NCBI GenBank assembly: GCA_918797485.1
Contig: CAKKNE010000006.1
Span: 1,488,001-1,552,000, forward strand
Length of the DNA: 64,000 nucleotides
Source of the DNA: Pelagomonas calceolata
Taxonomy: Eukaryota
Direction of reading: 5' to 3'
The position numbers and the translations under genes were made by a program. The notes under the pieces were generated by a model. That model saw only the letters and a list, made by a program, of their open reading frames with translations, was not told the origin of the DNA and did not search any database. Positions 1 through 10,625 of this stretch are shown in pieces. Every line of letters begins with the position of its first letter. The first letter of the stretch is position 1.

Positions 1-368
1 TTCTCGCTTAACAGGGCGCCCACTGAGGTAACAGCGCAAGCCTGGAGAGGTCTCTCGCTCACCGTATACTCCGAAAGGGTGTCATACTGGCGGTCAGGTC
101 GGCTTTAGTCACAGCTCTGGCTTAGTGGCAGTTTTTTTATTTAGCTAAAAAGACCAGGCCGCCCAGGCCGTTCCGCCGCCGCGAGGCGTCCGTGGGCGCT
201 GGAGCATGTCTCCGGGAGGCCGCTGACTCAGACCGCCGGCGTGCGGGGCATTTTTTTGGCTCGACAGAGGCATGCGAATTTTGCTATCACCGGCTCGCGC
301 GCAGCCGCCGAGGCAGCCCGCCAAGCGCAAATCATGATACGATCATAAGAAAAACAAGTACGGAAGCG

Positions 369-1838
369 ATGCGGCTCTACGCTGGCCTGTGGCTGGCGGC
401 AGCGTGTGCCTACGACCAACACAACGAGGTCGACGCGCGCATCCGCAAGGCCCTCAAAAAATCGCTGGAGCCCTATCCGAAAGGAGAATCGAAGGATGAC
501 GCCATCCACTACGTGAGAGATGTGCTCTCGTTTCCGGAGAGCGCGGTGCTCGTGTACGATCATCACGTCATTGTCGATAGACGCTTCCTGCGCCCGGAGA
601 AGAGCCGGAAACATGTTAATTTTCTCGCGTCGATCGTAGCGAAGCAGAAATCCATCAAGAACGCTGCTTACGCGTTTTCTGGCAACTCTACTGGGCTCTG
701 CGGGCGGGATATGGGCGCCAAACGGGCACCTTACCCTTGCGTGATCATCGCAAAAGCTTATGGTACGAAACAACCGGGGGTCTTGGTGCCGAACCCCTAC
801 CACCATGATTTGGATTATTGGAGCGCTCTCCGAGATCACATCAAAGCTCGAGCGTCGTCGAGGCCGTGGAAAACAAGATTACCTCTAGTCTTTTGGCGGG
901 GCAATGTCTTGGATCGGTGGCACGCGCCCGACGACCCCAGGTATGCTGGTGACAGTTGTGAAAATGAATTTGGCAATCATGCGAGGTTGGCGGCGATGGC
1001 GGAGTCGGTCTTACACCCAGACTTAGTAGACGTCAAGTGCTTCTCGAAGCACAAATGTCGGGCGCGCGACCCCGACGAAAGGCCGTGCCCCGACGAGCAG
1101 TATTTATATAGCGATACGATGCGCCGGGTGCAGCGGAACTCGAGCCTGATTACGGACCACGGCCACGTGGCGAAGGAGAACTACACGCGCTACAAGTACG
1201 TGCTGAATCTGCCGGGAAGTACGTCGGGAAGCTACTCGCGGAACCTGAACCACCTCTGGTTCCTGGGGAGCGTGGTCCTGTTCTGGAAGGCGCGGTTCAC
1301 GGAGTGGTATTTTCCCGCGCTGACCGAGGGCGCGACCCATTTAACTGTGGATTCTTCGACGCTCGCCCTCGCCGTGCGCATGCTGGAGGAGAATCCGAAA
1401 GATGCCAAAGTACTAAGGGAGAAAGCTTCAGATGTCGACCACCGGATCATGTGCCCGTCCTGTTTAGCTGCTTATGTGTCCGAAGTCATCGACGAGGTTC
1501 GCGCTCATTTCGCTCTGGGAAAGTTGTTGGATGACCCCTGTGCAACACATGCTTTCTTTGATGCCTTGAACTGTCAAAGGCGAGACTTGGTCATCATCCG
1601 GGCCACAGCTCGGCCGGCGGGCTCCTTCGACGTCAGCGAGTTCATGCAGCGGCGTTTGACCACGAACACGACCTTCGCGAAGACGACGTGCCACGAGATC
1701 GCGTCACGTGCGCACGCAGAGTGTCGCGCGCGGGACCGATCTATATTAGGATGGCTCCGCGCGAAGCTCGGGGGCTGGCACACTGCTCAAGTGTCGTCGC
1801 TGGACGAGCCGCCGGGGACGCGGAGGCTCCGGGGGTAA
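369..1838 (+). CDS. Glycosyltransferase family 90 (CAP10 / protein O-glucosyltransferase-like), secretory
   Basis: Likely ATG at 369 (MRLYAGLWLAAAC signal-like). GT90 motifs PW..R...VFWRG, YKYVLNLPG..SYSRNL..L..GSVVL, EWYFPAL..G.TH. Confidence 0.75.
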   Translation: MRLYAGLWLAAACAYDQHNEVDARIRKALKKSLEPYPKGESKDDAIHYVRDVLSFPESAVLVYDHHVIVDRRFLRPEKSRKHVNFLASIVAKQKSIKNAAYAFSGNSTGLCGRDMGAKRAPYPCVIIAKAYGTKQPGVLVPNPYHHDLDYWSALRDHIKARASSRPWKTRLPLVFWRGNVLDRWHAPDDPRYAGDSCENEFGNHARLAAMAESVLHPDLVDVKCFSKHKCRARDPDERPCPDEQYLYSDTMRRVQRNSSLITDHGHVAKENYTRYKYVLNLPGSTSGSYSRNLNHLWFLGSVVLFWKARFTEWYFPALTEGATHLTVDSSTLALAVRMLEENPKDAKVLREKASDVDHRIMCPSCLAAYVSEVIDEVRAHFALGKLLDDPCATHAFFDALNCQRRDLVIIRATARPAGSFDVSEFMQRRLTTNTTFAKTTCHEIASRAHAECRARDRSILGWLRAKLGGWHTAQVSSLDEPPGTRRLRG

Positions 1839-2043
1839 TTTTGATTTAACTGTACCGTGACTACTTCGAGACTGCCAGTGGTGGTTAGTAACTGTCGCGG
1901 CGATGGCGTGCTGGTGGGGTGGACGTCCGCCCGCCTCGACGCTATCGCCGCGACGGCGTGCTGGTGGAGCTCCGATCCACACTTCCGGGCGGGCGCGGCC
2001 TCCTGGGCCGAACTAGAAGACTTCATAAGTCACATAATAGTTA

Positions 2044-3885
2044 CTACAGGAACGTCGGCCCACCGCTCGACCGCCGTTCAGCAGGAGTCAGTGCGGACCG
2101 CGGGTCGCTGGAACTTCCAGAGGTCCGCGACGCCGCGAGGAAGTCACGAAGAGAACCGCCCGTCGGCGGCTGCGGCAGCGCGTTGTCGATGGACACGCGG
2201 CGCGACGGTTCTGATGAGGGCGCCGGCAGCGCGCGCGCGATAGTGACGATCTGCAGGACTAGGTCCGCGTGCGCGTCAACTAAAGGCGTCGGCGGCACGA
2301 CGAACCGTTGCGAGTTCCCGGACACGTCTTCGACGACTAGCGTGGAGGGCGCCTCCGTGGCCAAGACGGAGGCGCCCTTGGCCACGAGGCGCTCCGTGAA
2401 CCCCGAACCCGAAGTGACGTCGACGGCACGCATCGCCTTGTAGGGTAATACTTGCGCCACGGCCCCGAAGCCCGCTATGCCTTGTGAGGAGAAGTACAGC
2501 GCGTCGGACGTCACGGTCAGCGTCCCACCTTTCGGCGCGGTTTCCGTAATTATCATCGCCCTACACGCGTAGAGGAACGCGTCCTGGGAGGCGGTCCGGA
2601 ATTTCTCGGCCAAGGCCGTCTCGAGCGGCGACGGCGGCAGGTTCCGCCGCCGTCGCTGCACCAAGGCACCGACCACAGCTTTCGAGGATTGTAGAGCGTT
2701 CTCGACCCGCGCCTGAACCGACTTCTCCTTCCGGCCGACGCGCGCGACGTACTCTTTTCCGGCTCTTAACTCCAGTAAGGCGGTGACGTTGTTCCCCGCT
2801 TCACGCAAAGATGATACACCGCCACCAGGATAGGTGGACACGGGCTCCGTCTCCAGCTCCAGGGGATACGAAGCTAGCGGAGGCGCCCGCGACGGTGGCG
2901 GCGGCTTCACACCCGCAGAAGCGTAGGCCGGCTGCAAGGCAATGGCCACCCGAGCTGCGTCCACTTCCGCTTTCTTAGCTTTCGCATCCAGGGGCCTCGC
3001 GGCGTCCACGAGCCGTCGCTCTAGTTTCACCGCAGCTTCCCGCTGCAAATCCCTAAGAAACCCGTCGTCGAGCCCATCACTCTCAAAGGTCTCCTTTTGT
3101 AACGCGTCACGTACACTCATAAGAGCCTGGAAGACGCTGTCGTCGGCCTTCGCCTCCCATGACTGTTGGGCGAGGGCGCCGATCACAAGGCAACGCTTTC
3201 CATCAGACGCTCCAGAACCAGCGATTAATGAGCCGCCGCCGCCGCACCGATCCGCCAAGAATAAATCGGCGCCCAAGGCGCTCGCCGACGGCCAATCCTT
3301 CCTTCTGACAAAGCCGCGGCCCACGAGCACCGCCTCGATGATCGCCTCCGCCTTCGACCAGGGCGCACCCACGGGAAACGGCCGCGCGAACGCGCGGACG
3401 CCATCTAACGAACATTTGCGAGCGTCGACGGACGCGGCCCAGGAGAGGGGCTTTCTTACTGGTTCGCGCTTCTTCTTCTTCGGCTGTTGTTGGACAGGGG
3501 GACGCGACACAGCTAATGCAGCCGGCCTCACTCTTAATTTCTCGGCGAAGGCGGCCTCGGACACGTTCATCAATGCTTCGCCGTTGACGCTCTCGATGAT
3601 GTCATTCACACGGATGCCTTTGGCTTCAGCGGCGCCCTTGACGCCGACGACGCGGAGGCGGCCCTTTTCTAGCTTGACCCTCAAACCAATAGGACCGTCG
3701 CCGAACGTCATCGCTCCAGCATCGTCCAGAGACGCCTGGATCGCGCGCGCGAGCGCCTCGTCGCCGTCCGTGTCCTTCGTCGGCGTGAAGTCGAGCTCGT
3801 CCTCGTCGGCCTCCTCCTCCAGACCCAACGCCGCGGCCGTTTTTGGTGGCGTTTTGGGCTGCTCGGGCGAGTCGAAGGGGTTCGG

Positions 3886-3917
<32 letters not shown>

Positions 3918-4227
3918 CTACGGCGGGTTCGCTCGGCGCCTTCAGAAAGTCGAAGGCGGAGGAGGCGGGCGCCGGCGCGTCCGTCCGCAGCGCGTCCCGC
4001 GCCGTCGAGAGATCGAGGAGCGGCTTGTCCGTCCGCAGGCCGGCGGGTTCGCTAGCGGCGTTCATGAAGTCGAACGCCGATGCGTTCGCTGGCTCTGTTG
4101 GCGCGGGCGGCGCGGACTGCGCTGGCGCGGGCGCCGCTGGGACTGCTGGGGTCGCGTCCAGCTCGTCTTCGTCGCTGTCGCTGCCCAGCATCAACTGGCG
4201 CAGGCGCTCCTCGTCGGAGGCGTCCAT
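2044..4227 (-). CDS. Protein with Pro-rich N-terminus, UIM-like motif, PDZ domain and C-terminal GRAM/PH-like domain
   Basis: 727-aa ORF. DEALARAIQASL (UIM-like); GPIGLRV...GIRVNDIIESVNG (PDZ); YACRA...GGTLTVTSDALYFSS (GRAM-like). Confidence 0.6.
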
Positions 4228-4308
4228 GATTCACTGCGCCGTTCAAAACTCGAGAGCTTATTGGCGTTCAGCGTTTCACGGAGCTTTTTTTTGGGCTTTG
4301 CATCTTCA

Positions 4309-4330
4309 CTAGCGGCATGTAACACACTAG
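4309..4330 (+). promoter_or_regulatory. CTAG-N14-CTAG upstream motif copy
   Basis: ctagcggcatgtaacacactag between divergent starts 4227 and 4549. Confidence 0.6.
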
Positions 4331-4548
4331 CAAGCACTCAAGGGCCACCTCATCAGGCTCCCAGGCTGCAAAACGCATCGGCATCGGACGCTGGGCCACA
4401 CACGTTCTCTGGACAAGCCCTGCAATCGGCTTCAGGAGCACTTTTGCAGCCCTACGCCAGTCGACGCGCGGGAGGTGCTGCCCGAGACCTCAAGGCATTA
4501 CATACGACGCGTAGGTGCTGCCCGGGCCACTTCAGGGCATTACACCGC

Positions 4549-4908
4549 ATGTATGCGCTGCTTGGCGCCTGCCTCGTCCTCGCCGCGCAAGCATGCGAGG
4601 TCTGCCAGTACAAGCTCTTCGCGGGCGGCTGCCCGGTCGGGCGGCGCAAGGCCAGGGAGCGCTGGGGCGACTGGGTCGTCACCGAGGACGCCTTCGACGA
4701 CGGTGACTGCCGAAACACGTGCTGCGCCGCGAACGAAGACAGTTGCTGCGAGACGGATTTTCACTTTGTCGCCGGCGTCGCCGGGGGCTTGTTTGTGCTC
4801 ATCGCGATCTGCGTCGTGGTCTGCTGCGTCGAGTGTCGGCGGCGGCGCGCGCTCGGGCGCGTCGTGCGGAAGCGGGCGGCGCCTCCGCTCGAAGCCGCGC
4901 GTGTGTAA
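4549..4908 (+). CDS. Small Cys-rich single-pass membrane protein (Shisa/WBP1-like architecture)
   Basis: MYALLGACLVLAAQA signal, Cys-rich ectodomain, TM VAGVAGGLFVLIAICVVV, then CCVECRRRR. Confidence 0.55.
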   Translation: MYALLGACLVLAAQACEVCQYKLFAGGCPVGRRKARERWGDWVVTEDAFDDGDCRNTCCAANEDSCCETDFHFVAGVAGGLFVLIAICVVVCCVECRRRRALGRVVRKRAAPPLEAARV

Positions 4909-4945
4909 GACTTGTACTGTACGATCGACATCTCTTACACATTGA

Positions 4946-6109
4946 TCAGCGCCGCCCGCCGAGGCCCGGCGGCAGGTCTCCCCCGCGCTTCAGGCCCGGC
5001 GGCAGGCTCGGCCCGCTCGCGCGCGGCGGGGGCGGCGGAGGCGGCGGCCGCCTTCTCCTCGCCTGGGGCGGCATCATGCGCGCCGGCGGGCCGCGCGGCG
5101 CGCCGGGCCGCTGCGGGCCGATGCTCGAGCCCTCGCGCACGCCCGGGCCCCGCATCTTGAGGACCGATCCCGGCGCGGGGTAGGGCCGCTGCTGCCAGAG
5201 CGGCCCCGACGCCGTCGAGTCGGCCATGCGCTCGCCCTTGTGGTGGAGCCCGTCCGAGTAGCGGCCGCCGCTCAGGCCGAGCGGGTCGAGGGGGTCGATC
5301 TGGGACTTGTCCCTCTTCTTTTTCTGAGCGGCCGCCAAGGCAGGGTGCGGCTGGGGCCGCGGCTTCGGTCCCTCCGGCCGGCGCGTCGCGCCGTCGCCCG
5401 CATCATTTGCGTGTGTAGGCGGCTCCCACCGCCGTTCCCCGGTCGCGTCCTTGACGTAGTAGACCTGGTTCGACGAGGGATGGACGCGCGAGCTCCAGCC
5501 CGGCGGCAGCGCCACCGGAGCCGTCGGTGTTGCGGACGGCACCATGACCGCCGGCGCTTCCTGCCTCACCAACGACCCGGCCTTGCGTAGTTGCGCCTGC
5601 ACGCCTAGTAACTTGTGCTGCAGCTCCTTGTAGGCCTCGTCCCGTTCTCTACCAGCAACCTGCTTCAGCGTGTTGTCTCGAGTCCTCTCGAGCTGCGACA
5701 TCTTTTCTCGCTTGCGCTTCTCCGCGGCTCGGCCCCGTAAGCAGTCGTCGGGCACGCCGTCGTCGCCCTGCTCCAAGTACGCCAGGGCCTGCGCCCGCTT
5801 CCGCTGCGCGTCGAGCTCCGCCTTGTATTTTTCGTCGGACATGGTCTTGCGCTCGCCGCGCGGGCCGACCACGACATCCCGCTTCACCTTGGGAATGGTC
5901 ACTTGTTTAGGTTTTGGTTGGTTGGACGGCTCGTCCGCAAAACCGGGGTAGTGCTGGCCCGTGTTCTCGGACCAGAGCTTCGCTTGTTTGGTGGGGCGGT
6001 AGTCGCGCGCGTCGACCTCGTCCTGGACCTCCCAAAACTTCCTTCCGGTAGCTTTGGCGAGTCTATCAATGCGCTCGCGGTCCGCCTGGCGGCTCTGGCC
6101 GTTCATCAT
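4946..6109 (-). CDS. PQBP1: Polyglutamine-binding protein 1-like WW-domain splicing factor
   Basis: WW domain LPPGWSSRV...VYYVKDATGERRWEPP and the PQBP1-type C-terminal DPLDP...YSD...ADSTASGPLWQQRPYPAPGSVL. Confidence 0.75.
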   Translation of the reverse strand: MMNGQSRQADRERIDRLAKATGRKFWEVQDEVDARDYRPTKQAKLWSENTGQHYPGFADEPSNQPKPKQVTIPKVKRDVVVGPRGERKTMSDEKYKAELDAQRKRAQALAYLEQGDDGVPDDCLRGRAAEKRKREKMSQLERTRDNTLKQVAGRERDEAYKELQHKLLGVQAQLRKAGSLVRQEAPAVMVPSATPTAPVALPPGWSSRVHPSSNQVYYVKDATGERRWEPPTHANDAGDGATRRPEGPKPRPQPHPALAAAQKKKRDKSQIDPLDPLGLSGGRYSDGLHHKGERMADSTASGPLWQQRPYPAPGSVLKMRGPGVREGSSIGPQRPGAPRGPPARMMPPQARRRRPPPPPPPPRASGPSLPPGLKRGGDLPPGLGGRR

Positions 6110-6362
6110 GGTTTCTTGCTTGTGGCCGGCGCCCTAAAGGGCGCTCGGGCTTCGCGTTTTGTTGGTTGCGTCGCGCGCGCGGCGGCGTATGTGGCGCTCG
6201 AGAGGCGCTCCCTGGTTGTGGCTTTTCGGGAGCCGCGGCGGCGCCGTTGGACGGCGCGGCTGTACTGCGTTGGTTGGGCGCTTGGGCCGCGTCTCTCGAT
6301 CGCTTCGGGGCGGGCGTAACGTGCCACAGCCTTTTTAGTGTGTAAATGTCGGCTGCGTATTC

Positions 6363-6384
6363 CTAGTGTCTTACAGGACGCTAG
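6363..6384 (-). promoter_or_regulatory. CTAG-N14-CTAG upstream motif copy
   Basis: ctagtgtcttacaggacgctag between divergent starts 6109 and 6545. Confidence 0.65.
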
Positions 6385-6544
6385 CAAGCGTGCATGGCAA
6401 AGCTGCCGCAGTAGAGCACCCTGGTTGCTAAAATTGCGCAGGCGTCGCACCTTTCGACATCTCTGAGGCTTGCAAGCGGCGGGAGCACGCCTGAGTGGAC
6501 GTGCGCCAACGTGCAAGCAGTGACCGCGGTGCCGTGGCAGCGCC

Positions 6545-6904
6545 ATGCCGCCGCGCAAGAAAAAAGACGACCCCATGGCTGCTGTGGATGCGCTCCCGCT
6601 CGTCCAGGAGCTCGAAAAGGCCCTCGCGTGCCTCGACGCGGTCGAGAAGGACGTCGACGAGGGCAAGCGCCCGGGCAAGGACATGGACGCCTTCTTCCAG
6701 CAACTGGGCCGCGTCGACGACGCCGCCGCGGCGCTGCCGGAAATGCCCATCCCCCAGGGCGCCCTGGACGACGGCGCGGACCTGGACGTCGTCGCGAGAC
6801 AGGACCTCCGGCGGCAGCTCGACGACCTCGCGGCCGAGGGGCACCGGAAGAAGAACATGAAGACGCTCGCTGATTTGGTTGAGGCGGGCCTTGATAATAC
6901 TTAG
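6545..6904 (+). CDS. Small helical protein, possibly divergent Mediator subunit 10
   Basis: 119-aa ORF with GC3-rich codons. IP...LDDG.D pattern and size recall MED10 (VPLEV..YIDQGRNP); resemblance by eye only. Confidence 0.4.
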   Translation: MPPRKKKDDPMAAVDALPLVQELEKALACLDAVEKDVDEGKRPGKDMDAFFQQLGRVDDAAAALPEMPIPQGALDDGADLDVVARQDLRRQLDDLAAEGHRKKNMKTLADLVEAGLDNT

Positions 6905-8541
6905 AGTTTCCCCAGGGAGAGCGCGTACCACTTGTCGAGGCGCTTGACGAACGACGTCCCGAGCTTCCGCCAGCCCTTCCAGGTCAGGGGCACCTTCGCC
7001 ACGGTCGCCTCATACACGTTGTCCGCGACGGTCACCCAGCCCTTGCCCGTCGTGGGCACCCAGCCTAGCAGACGGTCGTAGGCAGTGTTGAAGCCCCTGA
7101 GCCAGCCGTCCGTCGACGTCGGCACCTTGGCCAGGGTCAGGTCGTAGGCCGCGTGGAGGCCCTCGTTCGCTAATGAGGTGACAGATCCGACGACTGCAGT
7201 CGTTTTCGCGTAGCACGCCCCGGCGGCGGCGGACGTCTTCGCGCACGCCGTGCTGACGGCGGGGCCGGCGTTGCTCGTGATATAGCAAGCACCGGACTTG
7301 ACGCCGCCGACGCAGGAGCTGAGCGCGGGTCCCGCGCCCGCCGCGGCCGCCTTGGCGCCGGCGGCGACGGCGCCGGCGCCGGCCTTGGCGCCGGCGGCGA
7401 CGGCACCGGCGCCGGCCTTGGCGCCACCAACGGCCGCGCCGAGGGCCGGGCCCGCGCCGCTCTTCACGCAAGCGGCGCCCGCGCACGCCTTCGTCGCCAC
7501 GAAGCCGGCACTCGCTTTGGCGCCGGAGGCCACGGCTCCCGCGCCCGCCGCGGTCTTCGCCGCCACAAAGCCGGCACCGGCCTTGACGCCGCCGACCGTC
7601 GCGCCGAGGGCCGGGCCCGCGCCCGCCGCCACCGCGGACACGCCCGCCTTGGCGCCGGAGGCGACGGCGCCGGCGCCCGCGCACGCCTTGGCCGCGACGT
7701 AGCTGCCGCCGGCCTTCGCGCCGCCGACGCAGGCGCCGAGGGCCGGGGCTACCGCGCCCGCACCCGCCTTGGCACCAGAGGCGACCGCGGCCGCGCCCTT
7801 CGTCACACCGGTGGCGACGGCGCCGGCGCCGGCCTTGGCGCCGCCCGCGACGGCCGCGGCGGCCGGGCCCGCCTTGGCGCCGACGGCCGCGACCGCCGGC
7901 CCGACCGCCGCGCGCACCGGCGGCGCCGCGAGCGACACCGCGACGGCGCCGACGGCGAGCGGCACGACGGGGAACGGCCGCTTCTCCGCCTCCTTCGCTT
8001 TGATAGCGGCGGCCTCGCGCGCCGGTTCCGCGTACTTGCCCGTGACGTCGCCTTTGCCGGCGGTCGCCTTCGCCGGCGCGGGGGCCGCCTTCGTCGCCGT
8101 CGGCGCCGCCGCGGCCTTTTCCGCCTTCTTCTCCGCCGCCTTGGCGACGTCCGCGAGCCGGGCGGCCTCGGCGTCGGCCACGCGCTGCGCCTCTTTTTCC
8201 TTCGCCGCCGCGACGTCCTCGAGGCGCTTCTTCTCGGCCGCGGCGACGTCCGCGTCCGTCTTCGCCGCCGGTGCCGATGCTGGCGCCGGTGCGGGCTCCG
8301 GCTTCGGCGCGGGCTTGGGCGCCGGTGCCGGCGCCGGCGCAGGAGTGGTCTTCGCCTTGTCGTCCTTCGTCAGACCCGCAATAAATTGGTCCTGCCAGGC
8401 GTAGATCTTGTCCTGGAGCGTCTCCTTGGCGAAGAGCGGGGCCGCGCGCAGCGGTGCCCGTTGCCGCGGCACGGGCGCGAAGGCCGCCGCGAGGCCTAGC
8501 AGCAGCGCGGCAGCTGTTCCCACTCTTGCCAGCCGTGCCAT
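6901..8541 (-). CDS. Putative plastid-targeted Ala/Gly/Lys-rich repeat protein
   Basis: Signal peptide ending AAA-FAP, basic transit region, TM-like segment, many 11-aa GAKAGAGAVA[A/S/T] repeats and three ~22-aa VP...GW repeats. Confidence 0.65.
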   Translation of the reverse strand: MARLARVGTAAALLLGLAAAFAPVPRQRAPLRAAPLFAKETLQDKIYAWQDQFIAGLTKDDKAKTTPAPAPAPAPKPAPKPEPAPAPASAPAAKTDADVAAAEKKRLEDVAAAKEKEAQRVADAEAARLADVAKAAEKKAEKAAAAPTATKAAPAPAKATAGKGDVTGKYAEPAREAAAIKAKEAEKRPFPVVPLAVGAVAVSLAAPPVRAAVGPAVAAVGAKAGPAAAAVAGGAKAGAGAVATGVTKGAAAVASGAKAGAGAVAPALGACVGGAKAGGSYVAAKACAGAGAVASGAKAGVSAVAAGAGPALGATVGGVKAGAGFVAAKTAAGAGAVASGAKASAGFVATKACAGAACVKSGAGPALGAAVGGAKAGAGAVAAGAKAGAGAVAAGAKAAAAGAGPALSSCVGGVKSGACYITSNAGPAVSTACAKTSAAAGACYAKTTAVVGSVTSLANEGLHAAYDLTLAKVPTSTDGWLRGFNTAYDRLLGWVPTTGKGWVTVADNVYEATVAKVPLTWKGWRKLGTSFVKRLDKWYALSLGKL

Positions 8542-8909
8542 GCTGCTCCTTTTACAAGAAAACTTCGGCAGGGCTTCACACGTGTAATGCGCGGTTACCG
8601 CGGCTGCGCTTGCCCGTACCAGACCGGAGTATGGCACCAGTGTGGGCCAAAAAGCTAGCTTGGCAAAGTCGATGCAAAAAGATAATCTCGCGTCAGGAGC
8701 CGTCGGAGCGCTCGCGAATACCTTTTTCAGGAGTCGCTTCGGCCTTGGTGGCCCAAGAGGCGGCCGCCGCGGTCAGATCGCGGTCACCGCCCGCGCGCCG
8801 TCGACGGAACCCCAAAGCGCTCCGAAGCGCGGCGCTCGGCCCTGCGCGTCGACGAACCCCCCAAAGCGCGGCGCCCCCGCACAGCGATCACGTAACACAA
8901 GACCTACTC

Positions 8910-9392
8910 TTACGGCACGCGGAACGTCTTCCCCTGCTTCCAGAGGTAGTCCAGGTTCCGCCGCTTGACGCGCTTCTTGCCCTTCGTCAGCCACGCCTTC
9001 TGCAACACCGTGATGGACTTCACCAAAGGTGAATACAAGGGCACGTGCCGGCGCATCGGCGTGCCCATCACTCGACAAAACAATTGGACCGACGAGTCCG
9101 CGCCCCGATTGCGCCTTCCTAACACCAGGCCCTTGACCTTTTGGGGTTTTGGCGCGTCCACGTCCACGAGGATCTCCATCTCGATCGCGTCTCCCGCTTT
9201 AAAATCGGGCCACGGCCTATGGACCTTCGCGAGCGCCTCCTTTTGGAGTTGGCCTAGCAATGCGGAGGCCTTGCGCGCGGGCGGCCGCGTGTCCATGGTC
9301 GACGCGCAGGCGCGCTGTGGCCGCGTGGCCGCGCGCGGCGTAGCCGTCGCGGCTGCGCGACGCAGCAGAGGTGCTGCGCGGCGCAGGAGCAT
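8910..9392 (-). CDS. MRPL19: Organellar (likely mitochondrial) ribosomal protein bL19
   Basis: Arg/Ala-rich presequence; PDFKAGDAI, GLVLGRRNRG, PLYSPLVKSITVL, KRVKRRNLDYL. Confidence 0.85.
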   Translation of the reverse strand: MLLRRAAPLLRRAAATATPRAATRPQRACASTMDTRPPARKASALLGQLQKEALAKVHRPWPDFKAGDAIEMEILVDVDAPKPQKVKGLVLGRRNRGADSSVQLFCRVMGTPMRRHVPLYSPLVKSITVLQKAWLTKGKKRVKRRNLDYLWKQGKTFRVP

Positions 9393-9510
9393 GGTGCGCA
9401 GCGATGTCTCAGCTTCCGTTGTTATGAATCGAACAAATGCTACACACACAGAGCTGCTAGCTCGCCGCGAGCTGCCGCGTACGATGCTCAAATGCGGCCA
9501 AAACAGCTCG

Positions 9511-9531
9511 CTAGCGGCAGTAAGACACTAG
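9511..9531 (+). promoter_or_regulatory. CTAG-N13-CTAG upstream motif copy
   Basis: ctagcggcagtaagacactag between divergent starts 9392 and 9676. Confidence 0.65.
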
Positions 9532-9675
9532 CAATTAAGCACGCCAGCTCTAAAACCGTCCAGCGCGGCCCCATTAATAGCTTCTGGTACCATTTTGTTG
9601 GCGCAATACATTACTACACATCGTGCGCCGCTAGCCACAAGGACAGAGACGCCGCCAAAGCGCCAAACACAAAAT

Positions 9676-10584
9676 ATGAGCCTAGGCCTCCTCAGTGCCG
9701 CAAGCAGAATCTGCGACGACGTCAACCTCCTGTGGTCCATCGCCGAGGTCTACAACGAGAGCACACAAAGACCCAGAGCCCACGAGCTGCTGGCCGGCGT
9801 GCTCTACGCGCTGGACAAGGACGCCGCGCCGCCGCCAAAGAAGCGAGTCCAACCACCACCAGTACTGGCGTATGTGGATGAGGACGACGACGAGGCGTTG
9901 TTCGCGAGCGCGCCTCCCCAACAAACCTACGACACGCCCGCACCATCGACCTGGCGCCGGACGCTCGCCGATTGGGCCGCGCGAGCCTGCGACGAACTCG
10001 CCTTGTTCCCGGCGTACCAGCGCGTCGCCTGGCGCACGTCCAGAAGATGCGGTTTGGGTCAAATGGTAGGCATCGTGCCGTACGGTTTGGCACGGTGCGC
10101 GCGCATCGTCATAACGGACGAGCACTGGCTCTCGTCAGCGATCCGGGCGGCCGCGGCCCACCCCTTCGAGCGCGCCGCAATAAAGCTGCTCCAAGGGCGA
10201 GTTTTACCGGTGGAGCCATACCGGGGCTGGCGCGTCTCCATCCTTTTCGCGTGCGTCGAGCGGCGGTCCTCGGTGTTCGCGCCGTGTGTGATGGCGGCGC
10301 GCCTCGCCTGGTTGTGTTCTGAAATTGATGACGGCGCCCCGTTCCGCGGCGAGGCGCTCGTCGCCGCGGCGTGTCAAGCCCTCGCGGGGTCGCTCGTCGA
10401 GCTGCCGCGGGCCGTGGCCTGCGTCTGCGCCGCGCGGCTCGTGCGGCGGGCGTTGTTTGGCGGGTCGCCGGCGCGGCGGGGGCGCGACCGGCGGTTCCGG
10501 AGGCGCCTGCGGCGCGCGCTGGACCGGTCGCGGCCGGCGGCGCCGCGGCCTTTGTCTCAGACGCGAAGGTTCGGCGAGGGCTAG
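9676..10584 (+). CDS. Hypothetical protein
   Basis: ATG at 9676 downstream of the upstream motif; open for about 302 aa; no recognisable domain. Confidence 0.45.
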   Translation: MSLGLLSAASRICDDVNLLWSIAEVYNESTQRPRAHELLAGVLYALDKDAAPPPKKRVQPPPVLAYVDEDDDEALFASAPPQQTYDTPAPSTWRRTLADWAARACDELALFPAYQRVAWRTSRRCGLGQMVGIVPYGLARCARIVITDEHWLSSAIRAAAAHPFERAAIKLLQGRVLPVEPYRGWRVSILFACVERRSSVFAPCVMAARLAWLCSEIDDGAPFRGEALVAAACQALAGSLVELPRAVACVCAARLVRRALFGGSPARRGRDRRFRRRLRRALDRSRPAAPRPLSQTRRFGEG

Positions 10585-10625
10585 TCCTGTTGGTTGTTTA
10601 TTTTATGTATATTATCTCGAAACCT

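Noticed and set aside
1..140. Possible Pol III ncRNA (ccactgag/cttagtgg pairing followed by a T-run)
   Set aside because: No diagnostic SRP, RNase P/MRP or snRNA motif recognised, and the region is truncated by the window edge; an Infernal/Rfam search is needed.
2942..4312. Long antisense and alternative-frame ORFs (e.g. 2942-4312, 34220-36166, 25856-26884, 57552-58814)
   Set aside because: Shadows of real genes caused by high GC3; Ala/Arg/Ser-rich with no motifs.
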